Shown in pieces: positions 9,564 to 18,334 of a DNA stretch of 31,259 nt; positions within the stretch are counted from its first letter, which is position 1, and every line of letters starts with the position of its first letter. Position numbers and translations under genes: made by a program. The stretch spans positions 1 to 31,259 of IMG/VR virus record IMGVR_UViG_3300032324_000227; one strand, 5' to 3'. The stretch comes from a virus. Lineage: Duplodnaviria; Caudoviricetes. The notes beneath the pieces are model-generated. The model did no database searches. It saw only the letters and a list, made by a program, of their open reading frames with translations, and was not told the DNA's origin.

Positions 9564-9918
9564 AACCGAAGTAGTGCCTGATTACATCCTAGTTCCTCAT
9601 GGAGAAAAGGATCTTGCGGTTCTTATTCTTGATGGAGAATGTAAGGGTGTGAAGTATGCCTACGGAGTCATCACCCCGAAGGATAATGAGAGTGCTGATA
9701 AGGCAGTTCTTGAATATCACTACGATGTGATTGAAAATCCTATGAATTACACCACAGAGCAACTTCATAAGGTAACAGCAGTCATTCTAAACCAAATTGT
9801 GTTGAAGATGGTTGCAGAAGAGTCAGACTTGGGGTATACTGTGGAGAGAGAAGAAGGAGAAGAAATTGAGCCAATTGACGATGGAGAAGTTGATTCTACA
9901 GAATCTTCTGGTGAATGA
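9514..9918 (+). CDS. Acidic hypothetical protein at the gp40 syntenic position
   Basis: Lies between uvsX and gp41 as T4 gp40 does; sequence homology not established. Confidence 0.55.
   Translation: MEQETQNPTSQQIQVSETEVVPDYILVPHGEKDLAVLILDGECKGVKYAYGVITPKDNESADKAVLEYHYDVIENPMNYTTEQLHKVTAVILNQIVLKMVAEESDLGYTVEREEGEEIEPIDDGEVDSTESSGE
9812..9840 (+). promoter_or_regulatory. Internal sigma70-type promoter TTGCAG-17-TATACT upstream of the helicase
   Basis: Correct spacing; followed by SD AAGGAG (9854-9859) and TTG 9866. Confidence 0.45.
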
Positions 9919-11296
9919 GAAATTCACCCGAAAAGTCCTTCCATTCCTGAAGACTGAATATTTTCAGGACGAGACAGCAGGAAGTCTCTTCAGCACCATC
10001 TCTGAATTTGTGCAGAAATACAGCAACCTCCCCACAAGGGAGGCTGTTGTTATTTCGGTAAGTAATAATAAGAAACTTACTCAAACACAGTTTGACGAGA
10101 TCAATGGTCTGATTGAAGAACTCTACAAAGATCCGAAGCCGCAAGACATGGATTGGCTTGTGGCGGAAACAGAGAAGCATTGCAAGGATCGTGCTGTTTA
10201 CAATGCAATTCTTGAATCTATTCATATTATCGACGGCAAGAATAAAAACAAGACCACCGATGCCCTGCCTTCGATATTATCGGATGCGCTAGCAGTTTCA
10301 TTCGATACTAATGTTGGTCACGATTATTTCATAGATTCGGATGCTCGTTATGATTTCTATCATAGAACCGAGACAAAGGTTCCATTCGATCTAGAGTTCT
10401 TCAATACGATCACGAATGGGGGAGTCACACCAAAAACCCTCAATGTTATCCTTGCAGGAACAGGTGTTGGTAAGTCTCTGTTCATGTGCCACCACGCGGC
10501 TAATTGTCTGCTGCAAAATCAAGATGTCCTCTACATTACATGCGAAATGTCAGAGGAGAGAATCGCTGAACGAATTGATGCGAATCTTCTTGATGTAACG
10601 ATGAGCGATCTTCATCAGTTGCCAAAGGATGCTTATGATAAGATGATTCAGCGAGTAAAGGGAAACTGTGGTGGCAGACTCATCATCAAGGAATATCCCA
10701 CTTCTTCGGCAAATGTGAATCACTTCCGTGCATTGCTTGAAGAGTTGAACATTAAGAGAAAGTTCAAGCCAACAGTCATCTTCATCGACTATCTGAACAT
10801 CTGCTCCTCTGCAAGAGTGAAGATGAGTGGTTCAGTCAATTCGTATATCTTTGTGAAGGCTATTGCAGAAGAGATTCGCAGTCTAGCCGTGGAATACAAT
10901 GTTCCAATCTTCACAGCGACACAGACGAATCGCGAAGGTTTCAACAATACAGAGGTCGAACTTACAAATACTTCTGAATCATTCGGTCTTCCCGCTACAT
11001 CAGATCTTATGTTTGCTCTGATTTCCACGGAAGAACTTGAGAAGGTGAATCAGATAATGGTGAAGCAACTCAAAAACCGTTATCATGAGGCTTCTTCAAA
11101 CAAGAAGTTTGTGGTTGGCATCAATCGTGCAAAGATGAAACTGATGGATGTTCCGAAGTCAGAGCAGCCTAATCTGTCTATGGCAAATCAGACGGATGTG
11201 GATGATGATGATGACGAGAAAGCATTCGAACCAGTCGTCAAGGATTGGAAGAAGATGTCTTGGAACTCTAACAAGAATTCAGATTGGAAATTCTGA
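9866..11296 (+). CDS. gp41: Replicative DnaB-like helicase
   Basis: Walker A AGTGVGKS, YITCEM, IKEYPT, IDYLNI, TATQTNR, SESFGLPAT, QLKNRY. Start is TTG 9866 or ATG 9881. Confidence 0.96.
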   Translation: MSQLTMEKLILQNLLVNEKFTRKVLPFLKTEYFQDETAGSLFSTISEFVQKYSNLPTREAVVISVSNNKKLTQTQFDEINGLIEELYKDPKPQDMDWLVAETEKHCKDRAVYNAILESIHIIDGKNKNKTTDALPSILSDALAVSFDTNVGHDYFIDSDARYDFYHRTETKVPFDLEFFNTITNGGVTPKTLNVILAGTGVGKSLFMCHHAANCLLQNQDVLYITCEMSEERIAERIDANLLDVTMSDLHQLPKDAYDKMIQRVKGNCGGRLIIKEYPTSSANVNHFRALLEELNIKRKFKPTVIFIDYLNICSSARVKMSGSVNSYIFVKAIAEEIRSLAVEYNVPIFTATQTNREGFNNTEVELTNTSESFGLPATSDLMFALISTEELEKVNQIMVKQLKNRYHEASSNKKFVVGINRAKMKLMDVPKSEQPNLSMANQTDVDDDDDEKAFEPVVKDWKKMSWNSNKNSDWKF

Positions 11297-12315
11297 TGTC
11301 TCTGTTTGTAGATAAGAAGTTCATCAACATGATCTCTTCAAGGCTAGATCTCTTCTCATGGAAGAAAGAGACTTTGGCTAATTTCCGTTGCCCGATCTGT
11401 GGAGATTCAAAGAAAAACAAGCGAAAGACTCGCGGCTATTTCTTTGCAAAGGGAAATGACATGTATTTCAGATGCCACAACTGTGGGGCATCTCATACGC
11501 TGTTCAAATTTCTAGAGATTGTTTGTCCTGCCCTTATAAAGGAGTATGCCCTTGAGCGGTGGAAGGGTGGAGAGAATGGAAATTCTAACTACAAAAAGCC
11601 TGAATTTTCATTCGATGCTCCTAAGTTCAAGCCAAACAATGAGTTGCTACAGACCATAGATTGTGTCGAGAGTCTTCCAGCAGATCATTTCTGTCGGCAA
11701 TTTGTCGAGAAGAGAAAGATTCCCTCTATTCACTATAAGAATCTTTACTTCACAAACAACTTTGCAAAGTTCGCTCACAAGATTGACATCAATGTAAAGG
11801 CTCCTGAAGACAAGAGACTTGTCATTCCAATCTTCGATTCGGATGAGCAGATGATTGGAGTTCAGGGACGAGCATTAGATCCACAGGCTGAAGTTCGTTA
11901 CATAACAATCAAGGCTAACAAGCAAATTGAAAGACTTTGGTATGGTCTTGATAGAGTCCGTGATCAAAAACTTGTTTTCGTGGTTGAAGGTCCACTCGAC
12001 TCGTTGTTTCTAGACAATGCTATTGCGATGGTTGGCATCTGTGATGGATCTAATCTGCCTGAAGAGTTGGCTGACAAGACCGTGATATTCGCCCTTGATA
12101 ATGAGCCTAGAAATCCGCAAGTGATTGCACAGATGAAAAAGATCATCAGCAACGGAAATAAGATAGTGATATGGGATGATGTTGACGGCAAGGATATCAA
12201 TGATATGATACTTGCAGGAAAGACGAAGGGACAGTTGGTTTCCATCATGAATCGCTGTGCCGTAAGCGGAGCAGAGGCTCTTCTAAAACTAAACTCTTGG
12301 AGAAAGATTGCTTGA
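11296..12315 (+). CDS. gp61: DNA primase
   Basis: Zn finger CPICGDS...CHNC, QGRAL, TOPRIM VVEGPLDS, DNEPRN, KDINDM. Confidence 0.95.
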   Translation: MSLFVDKKFINMISSRLDLFSWKKETLANFRCPICGDSKKNKRKTRGYFFAKGNDMYFRCHNCGASHTLFKFLEIVCPALIKEYALERWKGGENGNSNYKKPEFSFDAPKFKPNNELLQTIDCVESLPADHFCRQFVEKRKIPSIHYKNLYFTNNFAKFAHKIDINVKAPEDKRLVIPIFDSDEQMIGVQGRALDPQAEVRYITIKANKQIERLWYGLDRVRDQKLVFVVEGPLDSLFLDNAIAMVGICDGSNLPEELADKTVIFALDNEPRNPQVIAQMKKIISNGNKIVIWDDVDGKDINDMILAGKTKGQLVSIMNRCAVSGAEALLKLNSWRKIA

Positions 12316-12316
12316 T

Positions 12317-13012
12317 ATGAGTAACGATAAGATTGATGTTCTTGATCGCGGGTTTGTTCAGTATGTCGAGCATATGGGCAGCGATTTGACTGTCGTAAAT
12401 GCAGCGCGAGTTTCATTCAACAAGGAAAGTGATTGGGAACATCCTGATTCTCATGTTCCTGCAAACATCCTTTCAGAAAAGGATGGCAAACTCATCTCTT
12501 ATCTTGCAAAGCACCATCATTGGACACCTTTCGCACACCCGCAGATCACTCTGCGGATAAAGGCTCCAATCTCAATCCGAACTCAACTATTCAAGCACAA
12601 GGTTGGGTTTGTCGAGAATGAAATCTCTCGTCGCTATGTTGATGACGATCCAGAATACTTCTATCCACGCTGGTCATCACGACCAACCAATATGAAACAA
12701 GGTGCTGGAGATCATGTTGAAACTGATCTTCAGAATAAAGCATATCTAATCTATTCGCAAGCAATCGAAGTATGTAATCATGCTTACAAAGATTTGTTAA
12801 AGATTGGTATTGCACCTGAACAGGCTAGATTCGTCCTGCCACAAGGAACCTACACCGAATGGTGGTGGACAGGTAGCCTTGCAGCCTACGCCCGTGTCTA
12901 CAAGCAGCGTTCCGATCCTCACGCCCAATGGGAAGTGCGAGAGTATGCCAATGCAATCGGCAAGATTGTCGAGCCTCTTTACCCAAAGGCATGGGTCGCT
13001 CTTACTACATAA
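12317..13012 (+). CDS. thyX: Flavin-dependent thymidylate synthase
   Basis: VNAARVS, HWTPF, RTQLFKH...NEISRRY, APEQARFVLPQ, HAQWEVR. Confidence 0.93.
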   Translation: MSNDKIDVLDRGFVQYVEHMGSDLTVVNAARVSFNKESDWEHPDSHVPANILSEKDGKLISYLAKHHHWTPFAHPQITLRIKAPISIRTQLFKHKVGFVENEISRRYVDDDPEYFYPRWSSRPTNMKQGAGDHVETDLQNKAYLIYSQAIEVCNHAYKDLLKIGIAPEQARFVLPQGTYTEWWWTGSLAAYARVYKQRSDPHAQWEVREYANAIGKIVEPLYPKAWVALTT

Positions 13013-13027
13013 GGGAAGAGGAAAAAC

Positions 13028-13474
13028 ATGGCACAAGATCCATATCTAGAATTTCCAAATTACGACCTTGAGGTAATTCAGGGTTCAGACTATAAGTATC
13101 ATTTTATTTGGAAAGATTCTGATAAAGTTGCATATAATCTAGCGGGTGCTACCGCAGAAATGCAGATCCGTAGATCATTTCTTTCTGAAAAATTGATCTT
13201 TTGGGTTCGTGGAAGCAATGCTACTGGTGGCGGATATACAAAGGAATTTTACGCAACTGGTGGCGTTAGTGGATCTGCCAGCATTTTACTCAATGTTAAC
13301 GCAAGTGGAGTAACAGGAACTACAGGTGGAATTTTGATTCAAATTAGCAATCAAATGACAAAGAATTTTCCTGTTAACTTCCATTTCTACGACATGGAAG
13401 TGACATTCCCTGATGGCACAAAAGATAAGCCAATTCGTGGGCGTGTTACTGTTCCTTACGAAATAACCAAATAA
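13028..13474 (+). CDS. BppU-N-like beta-sandwich structural/hypothetical protein
   Basis: IQGSD...NLAGATAEMQIR...YDMEV...RGRVTV pattern typical of phage baseplate/fibre-attachment domains. Confidence 0.55.
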   Translation: MAQDPYLEFPNYDLEVIQGSDYKYHFIWKDSDKVAYNLAGATAEMQIRRSFLSEKLIFWVRGSNATGGGYTKEFYATGGVSGSASILLNVNASGVTGTTGGILIQISNQMTKNFPVNFHFYDMEVTFPDGTKDKPIRGRVTVPYEITK

Positions 13475-13517
13475 TAACCTAATTTTGAATCTAGTTAGCA
13501 TAATTAGCCTAACTATG

Positions 13518-13526
13518 TGCTATAAT
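13518..13526 (+). promoter_or_regulatory. Extended -10 promoter TGCTATAAT upstream of the RNR gene
   Basis: Followed by SD TAAGGAG and ATG 13556. Confidence 0.55.
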
Positions 13527-13555
13527 ATCGTATCGACTTAAGGAGTTTACAGTTA

Positions 13556-15487
13556 ATGATTTCTCTTCCTACTTACTATCAACAGTTCATTCATCTTTCT
13601 CGTTATTCTCGTTGGCTAGAAAAAGAAAATCGCAGAGAAACATGGGAAGAGACTGTTGAGCGTTACTTCTCATTTTTTGATGAGCATCTAGAACAAAATA
13701 ATAACTTCAAGATTTCTGCTGATCTGCGGTCAGAATTAAAGAACGCAGTTTTGAATCTTGAAATCATGCCTTCTATGCGTTCTCTCATGACCGCAGGAGA
13801 AGCACTCAAACGAGACAACACCGCTGGTTATAACTGCTCGTATGTTGCAGTTAACCGTGTTCGTGCGTTCGATGAAATTCTCTACATATTGATGTGTGGA
13901 ACTGGTGTTGGTTTTTCTGTGGAGCGGCAGTATGTTGAAAAACTTCCTACAATCGCTGAACAATTTACTAACTCGGACACGACGATTATGGTTCAGGATT
14001 CAAAGGCGGGTTGGGCGAAGGCTTTCAGGGAACTCGTCTCTCTTCTCATTGGAGGTCAAGTTCCCCAATGGAACTTGTCAAAGATTCGTCCTGCTGGAGC
14101 AAGACTTAAGACATTTGGAGGTCGCGCAAGCGGACCAAAGCCATTGGAGGATCTGTTCAGATTCACCGTTGACACCTTTAAACGGGCAGCAGGACGGAAA
14201 CTCACCTCCATTGAATGCCACGATATCGTCTGTAAGATTGCGGAGATTGTCGTTGTCGGAGGAGTCCGACGCTCTGCTCTCATTTCACTTTCGAATCTCA
14301 CAGATGAAAGAATGAGAGATGCAAAGACAGGCGCATGGTGGAATGATAATCCACAACGCGCACTTGCAAACAACTCGGTTGCATATAAGGAAAAGCCTGA
14401 AATCGGCACATTCATGGACGAATGGGTTTCACTCTACAAGTCAAAGAGTGGTGAGCGCGGAATCTTCAACCGTGACGCAGCAAAGAAGACTGTTGCAAAA
14501 TTGGGTGATCGCCGTGATCCGAACTATGAGTTTGGAACGAATCCATGTTCAGAAATCATTCTTCGTGATTGTGAATTCTGCAATCTAACAGAAGTCATTG
14601 TTAGAAGTGATGATACTTTTGATTCGTTGAAGCGTAAAGTTAGGCTAGCAACAATCCTTGGAACATGGCAAGCATCGCTCACGCATTTCCCCTACCTATC
14701 TTCGAATTGGGAGAAAAACTGCAAAGAAGAAGCACTTCTTGGTGTGTCACTTACAGGCATCATGGATAACAAGATGATGCATGATAGAAATTCTGTTCCT
14801 TCAGCATTAGCAGAAATCTTAACTGCACTAAAGCAAGAGGCAATCAATACAAACAAAGATTGGGCTGATAAGATTGGTATAAATCCAGCAGCCGCAATCA
14901 CTTGTGTGAAGCCAAGCGGAACAGTTTCTCAATTGACCGATGCTGCTTCAGGTATTCACCCACGACATAGTGAATATTATATCCGCACTGTTCGTGCAGA
15001 TCGCAAAGACCCACTATGTCAGATGATGATTGACATGGGCTTCCCCGCAGAGCCTTGCGTAATGAAGCCTGATCATACGATGGTTTTCTCATTCCCGATG
15101 AAGGCTGAAGGTTCTGTTACTCGTAACGATCTAACTGCAATTGAACATCTTCAGTTGTGGCTTGAGTATCAGCGTTACTGGTGTGAACACAAGCCAAGTA
15201 TTACAATTACTGTCCGCGAAAACGAGTGGATGGAAGTTGGCGCATTTGTATACAAGCACTTTGATGAGATCAGCGGCATCTCGTTCTTGCCGCATTCAGA
15301 TCACTCGTATCAGCAAGCACCATATCAGGAATGCACTAAGATTGCATATACTGCTTTGGCTGTAGAAATGCCTAAAAATGTAAACTGGTCGCTTCTAGAA
15401 AAGTATGAAAAGACCGACACCACAGCAAGTTCACAGACATTCGCTTGCACAGGAGATAAGTGTGAACTTGTAGATCTTACTAGTTGA
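13556..15487 (+). CDS. nrdJ: Class II (adenosylcobalamin-dependent, monomeric type) ribonucleotide reductase
   Basis: YNCS, GTGVGFS, VVGGVRRSALISL, TNPCSEI, TCVKPSGT, C-terminal CxxxxC; no adjacent nrdB. Confidence 0.92.
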   Translation: MISLPTYYQQFIHLSRYSRWLEKENRRETWEETVERYFSFFDEHLEQNNNFKISADLRSELKNAVLNLEIMPSMRSLMTAGEALKRDNTAGYNCSYVAVNRVRAFDEILYILMCGTGVGFSVERQYVEKLPTIAEQFTNSDTTIMVQDSKAGWAKAFRELVSLLIGGQVPQWNLSKIRPAGARLKTFGGRASGPKPLEDLFRFTVDTFKRAAGRKLTSIECHDIVCKIAEIVVVGGVRRSALISLSNLTDERMRDAKTGAWWNDNPQRALANNSVAYKEKPEIGTFMDEWVSLYKSKSGERGIFNRDAAKKTVAKLGDRRDPNYEFGTNPCSEIILRDCEFCNLTEVIVRSDDTFDSLKRKVRLATILGTWQASLTHFPYLSSNWEKNCKEEALLGVSLTGIMDNKMMHDRNSVPSALAEILTALKQEAINTNKDWADKIGINPAAAITCVKPSGTVSQLTDAASGIHPRHSEYYIRTVRADRKDPLCQMMIDMGFPAEPCVMKPDHTMVFSFPMKAEGSVTRNDLTAIEHLQLWLEYQRYWCEHKPSITITVRENEWMEVGAFVYKHFDEISGISFLPHSDHSYQQAPYQECTKIAYTALAVEMPKNVNWSLLEKYEKTDTTASSQTFACTGDKCELVDLTS

Positions 15488-15511
15488 CAGGTAGAGTTCA
15501 TGTGGTATAAT
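15484..15511 (+). promoter_or_regulatory. Sigma70 consensus promoter TTGACA-16-TATAAT with extended TG, driving the PEP-CTERM gene
   Basis: Both hexamers are perfect consensus. Confidence 0.8.
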
Positions 15512-15582
15512 AATGCTTCACAGATCTCCACAGACTACATTCAATGGTGAATGATAAGGTGGGGACAAAACAGGAGAGTATA

Positions 15583-16254
15583 ATGATCAAGAATGGTATT
15601 GTTGGTTTGGTAGCAGCCGTGATGTGTGGCGCAGTCGCAAAGGCAGAGTTCGTAGTTGTGAACAACCCAGTAGCAGATACTGTTGGTTTCTACTCTGATG
15701 CATATAAGTCAAGTGGCTCATACGCTTATGCACAAAGTGGAGCGCAAGGTTTTGATCTTGAGGATTCATACACAACTTCTTCATTGAAGTGGTGGGGTTC
15801 ATCCAACGGATTCAATGGTCAAGGTATTGGAAACATTACTGGATTCCAAGTTATTGTGTGGAGTTCAGACTTTAGTTCGCCAGTTAGTTCAACCAGTATC
15901 AACATCAGCAACATTTCTGTTGTCGATACAGGCGAATTCAACTTCTTTGGTGAACCAGTTTATGAATTCTATGTGCCATTTGTGACTCAACTTGCTGCTG
16001 GTTCATATTACATGAATATTGGTGCTTACCTCAATGACTCTGCTGGCGATCAGTTCGTGTGGTCGCAGGGTGAGAATGTTGAAGACTTCTGGTTCACCGA
16101 TGAAAACGGGCAGTATAATTGGGGTGATTGGCGACCGCTTCCAACTACCCTCATCGGGAACACAGCGGGTGGAGCATTTGTTCTCTCTGCTCCGACACCA
16201 GGAGCGATTGCTCTTCTTGGCATGGCGGGTTTGATGGGTCGCCGTCGCCGCTAA
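15583..16254 (+). CDS. Secreted PEP-CTERM-type (PTPG variant) surface protein
   Basis: Signal peptide ending VAKA; C-terminal APTPGAIALLGMAGLMGRRRR (Pro motif, TM helix, Arg cluster); SD AGGAG. Confidence 0.85.
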   Translation: MIKNGIVGLVAAVMCGAVAKAEFVVVNNPVADTVGFYSDAYKSSGSYAYAQSGAQGFDLEDSYTTSSLKWWGSSNGFNGQGIGNITGFQVIVWSSDFSSPVSSTSINISNISVVDTGEFNFFGEPVYEFYVPFVTQLAAGSYYMNIGAYLNDSAGDQFVWSQGENVEDFWFTDENGQYNWGDWRPLPTTLIGNTAGGAFVLSAPTPGAIALLGMAGLMGRRRR

Positions 16255-16255
16255 A

Positions 16256-16331
16256 TATACATAACAACAGCCCCGCTTGAGATAGCATCTCTTGCCCGAC
16301 AACCCCCGATCTCTCGGGGGTTGTTTCTTTT
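16256..16331 (+). ncRNA. Candidate ~65-nt small RNA between a TATACATA motif and an intrinsic terminator
   Basis: Late-promoter-like motif, internal hairpin GAGAT/ATCTC, then terminator. Could simply be a 3' UTR. Confidence 0.35.
16299..16331 (+). terminator. Rho-independent terminator
   Basis: ACAACCCCCGA-tctc-TCGGGGGTTGT followed by TTCTTTT. Confidence 0.85.
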
Positions 16332-16335
16332 GGAG

Positions 16336-16343
16336 TATAAATA
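16336..16343 (+). promoter_or_regulatory. T4 late promoter TATAAATA
   Basis: Exact consensus upstream of SD AAGGAG. Confidence 0.75.
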
Positions 16344-16363
16344 GTGGAAAGGAGACATACTCT

Positions 16364-17149
16364 ATGAGAAACTTAATCGCGTCGGTGGCATCGCTCTTTG
16401 TAATGACTTCTGCCTTAGCACAGACAAATCCAAATGCAAAAATAAACCTAGAAGTAGTTGCACCTGAGACGGCAGTTGCAGTCGGTGAAACTTTCGAAGT
16501 GCCAATTATGATGGTGGCTGCGACCGAACCACAGAGATACCTCGTTTCTGACATCATCTTTGGTTGGGATCAAACCAAACTTCAATTTACTGGATTGAAC
16601 CATGTCGGTTCTCATCCACTGATATGGGTTCCACCAAGTGGAATGCCATGTCCTGCTGGATATGTAAATTGTCAGGGTATCGGTGGAGACTACACTTTGA
16701 TCAACGAAGCAATTCCACCAGCAGATGGCAACGGACTATACTACGGATACGGTGCGCTTGGATATGTCTTCATGGTGAATCTAGAACCAGTTCAGATCGT
16801 TCGCTTACGGTTCAAGGTTCTTCAACCATTTGTAGAGACTCAGATAAGAATTCTTCCACAGTTCACCACCACCGTTAACAACCAACCACTCGTCAACAAG
16901 ACTGTGGTTTATGGAAGCAATATTCCTGGTCTTTCGGTCCTTGGAACCATCACCGATGCAGTCATCACGGGTGTTCCTCAGAACATCGTTGGAGACATTG
17001 ATGGAAATGGTTCAGTAGGCTCGGAGGACATGGCAATGCTCCTTGCAGCATGGGGAACTCAGTCCTTCAACAGCAATCCTGCCGACCTCAACGGCGACGG
17101 AACCGTGAACTCGCAGGATCTAGCCATCCTCATCACGAACTGGTCATAA
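16364..17149 (+). CDS. Secreted cohesin-like plus dockerin (duplicated EF-hand) protein
   Basis: Signal peptide ending ALA-Q; cohesin-like VAVGETFEVPI...WDQTKLQF...IVRLRFKV; dockerin GDIDGNGSVGSEDMAMLLAAWG / ADLNGDGTVNSQDLAILITNW. Confidence 0.8.
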   Translation: MRNLIASVASLFVMTSALAQTNPNAKINLEVVAPETAVAVGETFEVPIMMVAATEPQRYLVSDIIFGWDQTKLQFTGLNHVGSHPLIWVPPSGMPCPAGYVNCQGIGGDYTLINEAIPPADGNGLYYGYGALGYVFMVNLEPVQIVRLRFKVLQPFVETQIRILPQFTTTVNNQPLVNKTVVYGSNIPGLSVLGTITDAVITGVPQNIVGDIDGNGSVGSEDMAMLLAAWGTQSFNSNPADLNGDGTVNSQDLAILITNWS

Positions 17150-17174
17150 GTGGACATTTGACATCCACATGTGC

Positions 17175-17211
17175 GAACCCCGCTCAACTTCACAGGGCGG
17201 GGTTCTGCTTT
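17175..17211 (+). terminator. GC-rich hairpin, probable terminator
   Basis: GAACCCCGCTC / GGGCGGGGTTC stem followed by TGCTTT. Confidence 0.55.
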
Positions 17212-17218
17212 ATAAATA
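17211..17218 (+). promoter_or_regulatory. T4 late promoter TATAAATA
   Basis: Exact consensus upstream of SD GGAGG of the resolvase gene. Confidence 0.75.
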
Positions 17219-17234
17219 ATGTTGGAGGTTTCTT

Positions 17235-17846
17235 ATGACTTTCATAGCAGGAATTGATTATTCTCTTTGTGGTCCTGCTATCTGTGTCTACGACACCGAC
17301 GAGCCGAAGTTTAACTTTAAGAAGTGTTCTCTGTTCTATCTCACAAACACGAAAAAATTAGCCACGACATTCTGTGCTAATATTCGCGGTGAAATATTTG
17401 AAGATTACAATCACGATTGTGAAAGATACGAATCAATAGCAGACTGGGCAACTGATAAAGTCATAGGCTGCTCGGAGATCCTACTTGAAGGTTACGCTTT
17501 TGCGGCAAAGGGAAAGGTTTTCCACATCGCTGAAAATACAGGGGTATTAAAGTATAAACTCTATCAGCGAGGAATTCCTGTAAGCACAATCCCACCAACC
17601 ACAGTCAAGAAGATGGCTACTGGCAAGGGAAATGCCGACAAAGAAATGATGCATGACTCATTCATGCTTGAAACAGGCATTGATTTGCGTGGAATAATGA
17701 CACCATCAAAGAAAAGCATCGACAGTCCTGTATCGGATCTTGTCGATGCTTATTATATCTGCAAATCTCTCTATAGAACTATCAAGGGAGAACCGATAGT
17801 AAACAATAATGAGGTTGCAGATCGTGATGATGCGGAAGAGGACTAA
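17235..17846 (+). CDS. RuvC-like Holliday junction resolvase
   Basis: IAGIDYS, LEGYAF, PTTVKKMATGKGNADK, SDLVDAY acidic catalytic set. Confidence 0.85.
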   Translation: MTFIAGIDYSLCGPAICVYDTDEPKFNFKKCSLFYLTNTKKLATTFCANIRGEIFEDYNHDCERYESIADWATDKVIGCSEILLEGYAFAAKGKVFHIAENTGVLKYKLYQRGIPVSTIPPTTVKKMATGKGNADKEMMHDSFMLETGIDLRGIMTPSKKSIDSPVSDLVDAYYICKSLYRTIKGEPIVNNNEVADRDDAEED

Positions 17847-18334
17847 TCCTTCTTCTTTATTTCCTTGCGAATCTGAACATAGTGCCAAGCGGCAATGCCT
17901 ATTGCCAAGAGATAGAAAAGAATTGCATACCAATTTATTACGGTTGTTCTGATCTCTGTTCCTTGTGAGAGCATTATGTCGCTCTGTTCCTCAAGAACAA
18001 AAACCTGATCAGACTCTGTAATCAACTTTGTATTTGGTGGAAGTTCGATTTCAGTATTCTTTGGAAGAATTATCTCGGGTAATTCTGTCTTACCAGGATT
18101 ACGAACTTCAACTCTTATATCCTCGGTTGTGTATGCACTTGTTCTTGACTCTGTATCGGTTTTAACTTCAGTATCTCTTGGAGCAAATACAGGAGTCTCG
18201 GCAGACACCTTCACATAGGTGTCTTTTGTCAAGGTATCTGGCTCCTGTTTCATGATTTCAGGAACCTTTATATTTGCACATCCGATTGTAAAAAAACCTA
18301 TGATTATCGTGAAAAGAAATAGTCTGTAGTTCAT
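17843..18334 (-). CDS. Lipoprotein with C-terminal TM helix (unimolecular-spanin-like architecture)
   Basis: N-terminal hydrophobic stretch ending TIG-C; C-terminal WYAILFYLLAIGIAAWHYV followed by a Lys-rich tail. Confidence 0.55.
   Translation of the reverse strand: MNYRLFLFTIIIGFFTIGCANIKVPEIMKQEPDTLTKDTYVKVSAETPVFAPRDTEVKTDTESRTSAYTTEDIRVEVRNPGKTELPEIILPKNTEIELPPNTKLITESDQVFVLEEQSDIMLSQGTEIRTTVINWYAILFYLLAIGIAAWHYVQIRKEIKKKD

Noticed and set aside
17158-17190. 16S-like words TTGACATCCACA and GCTCAAC
   Set aside because: Short, non-collinear and within chance expectation.
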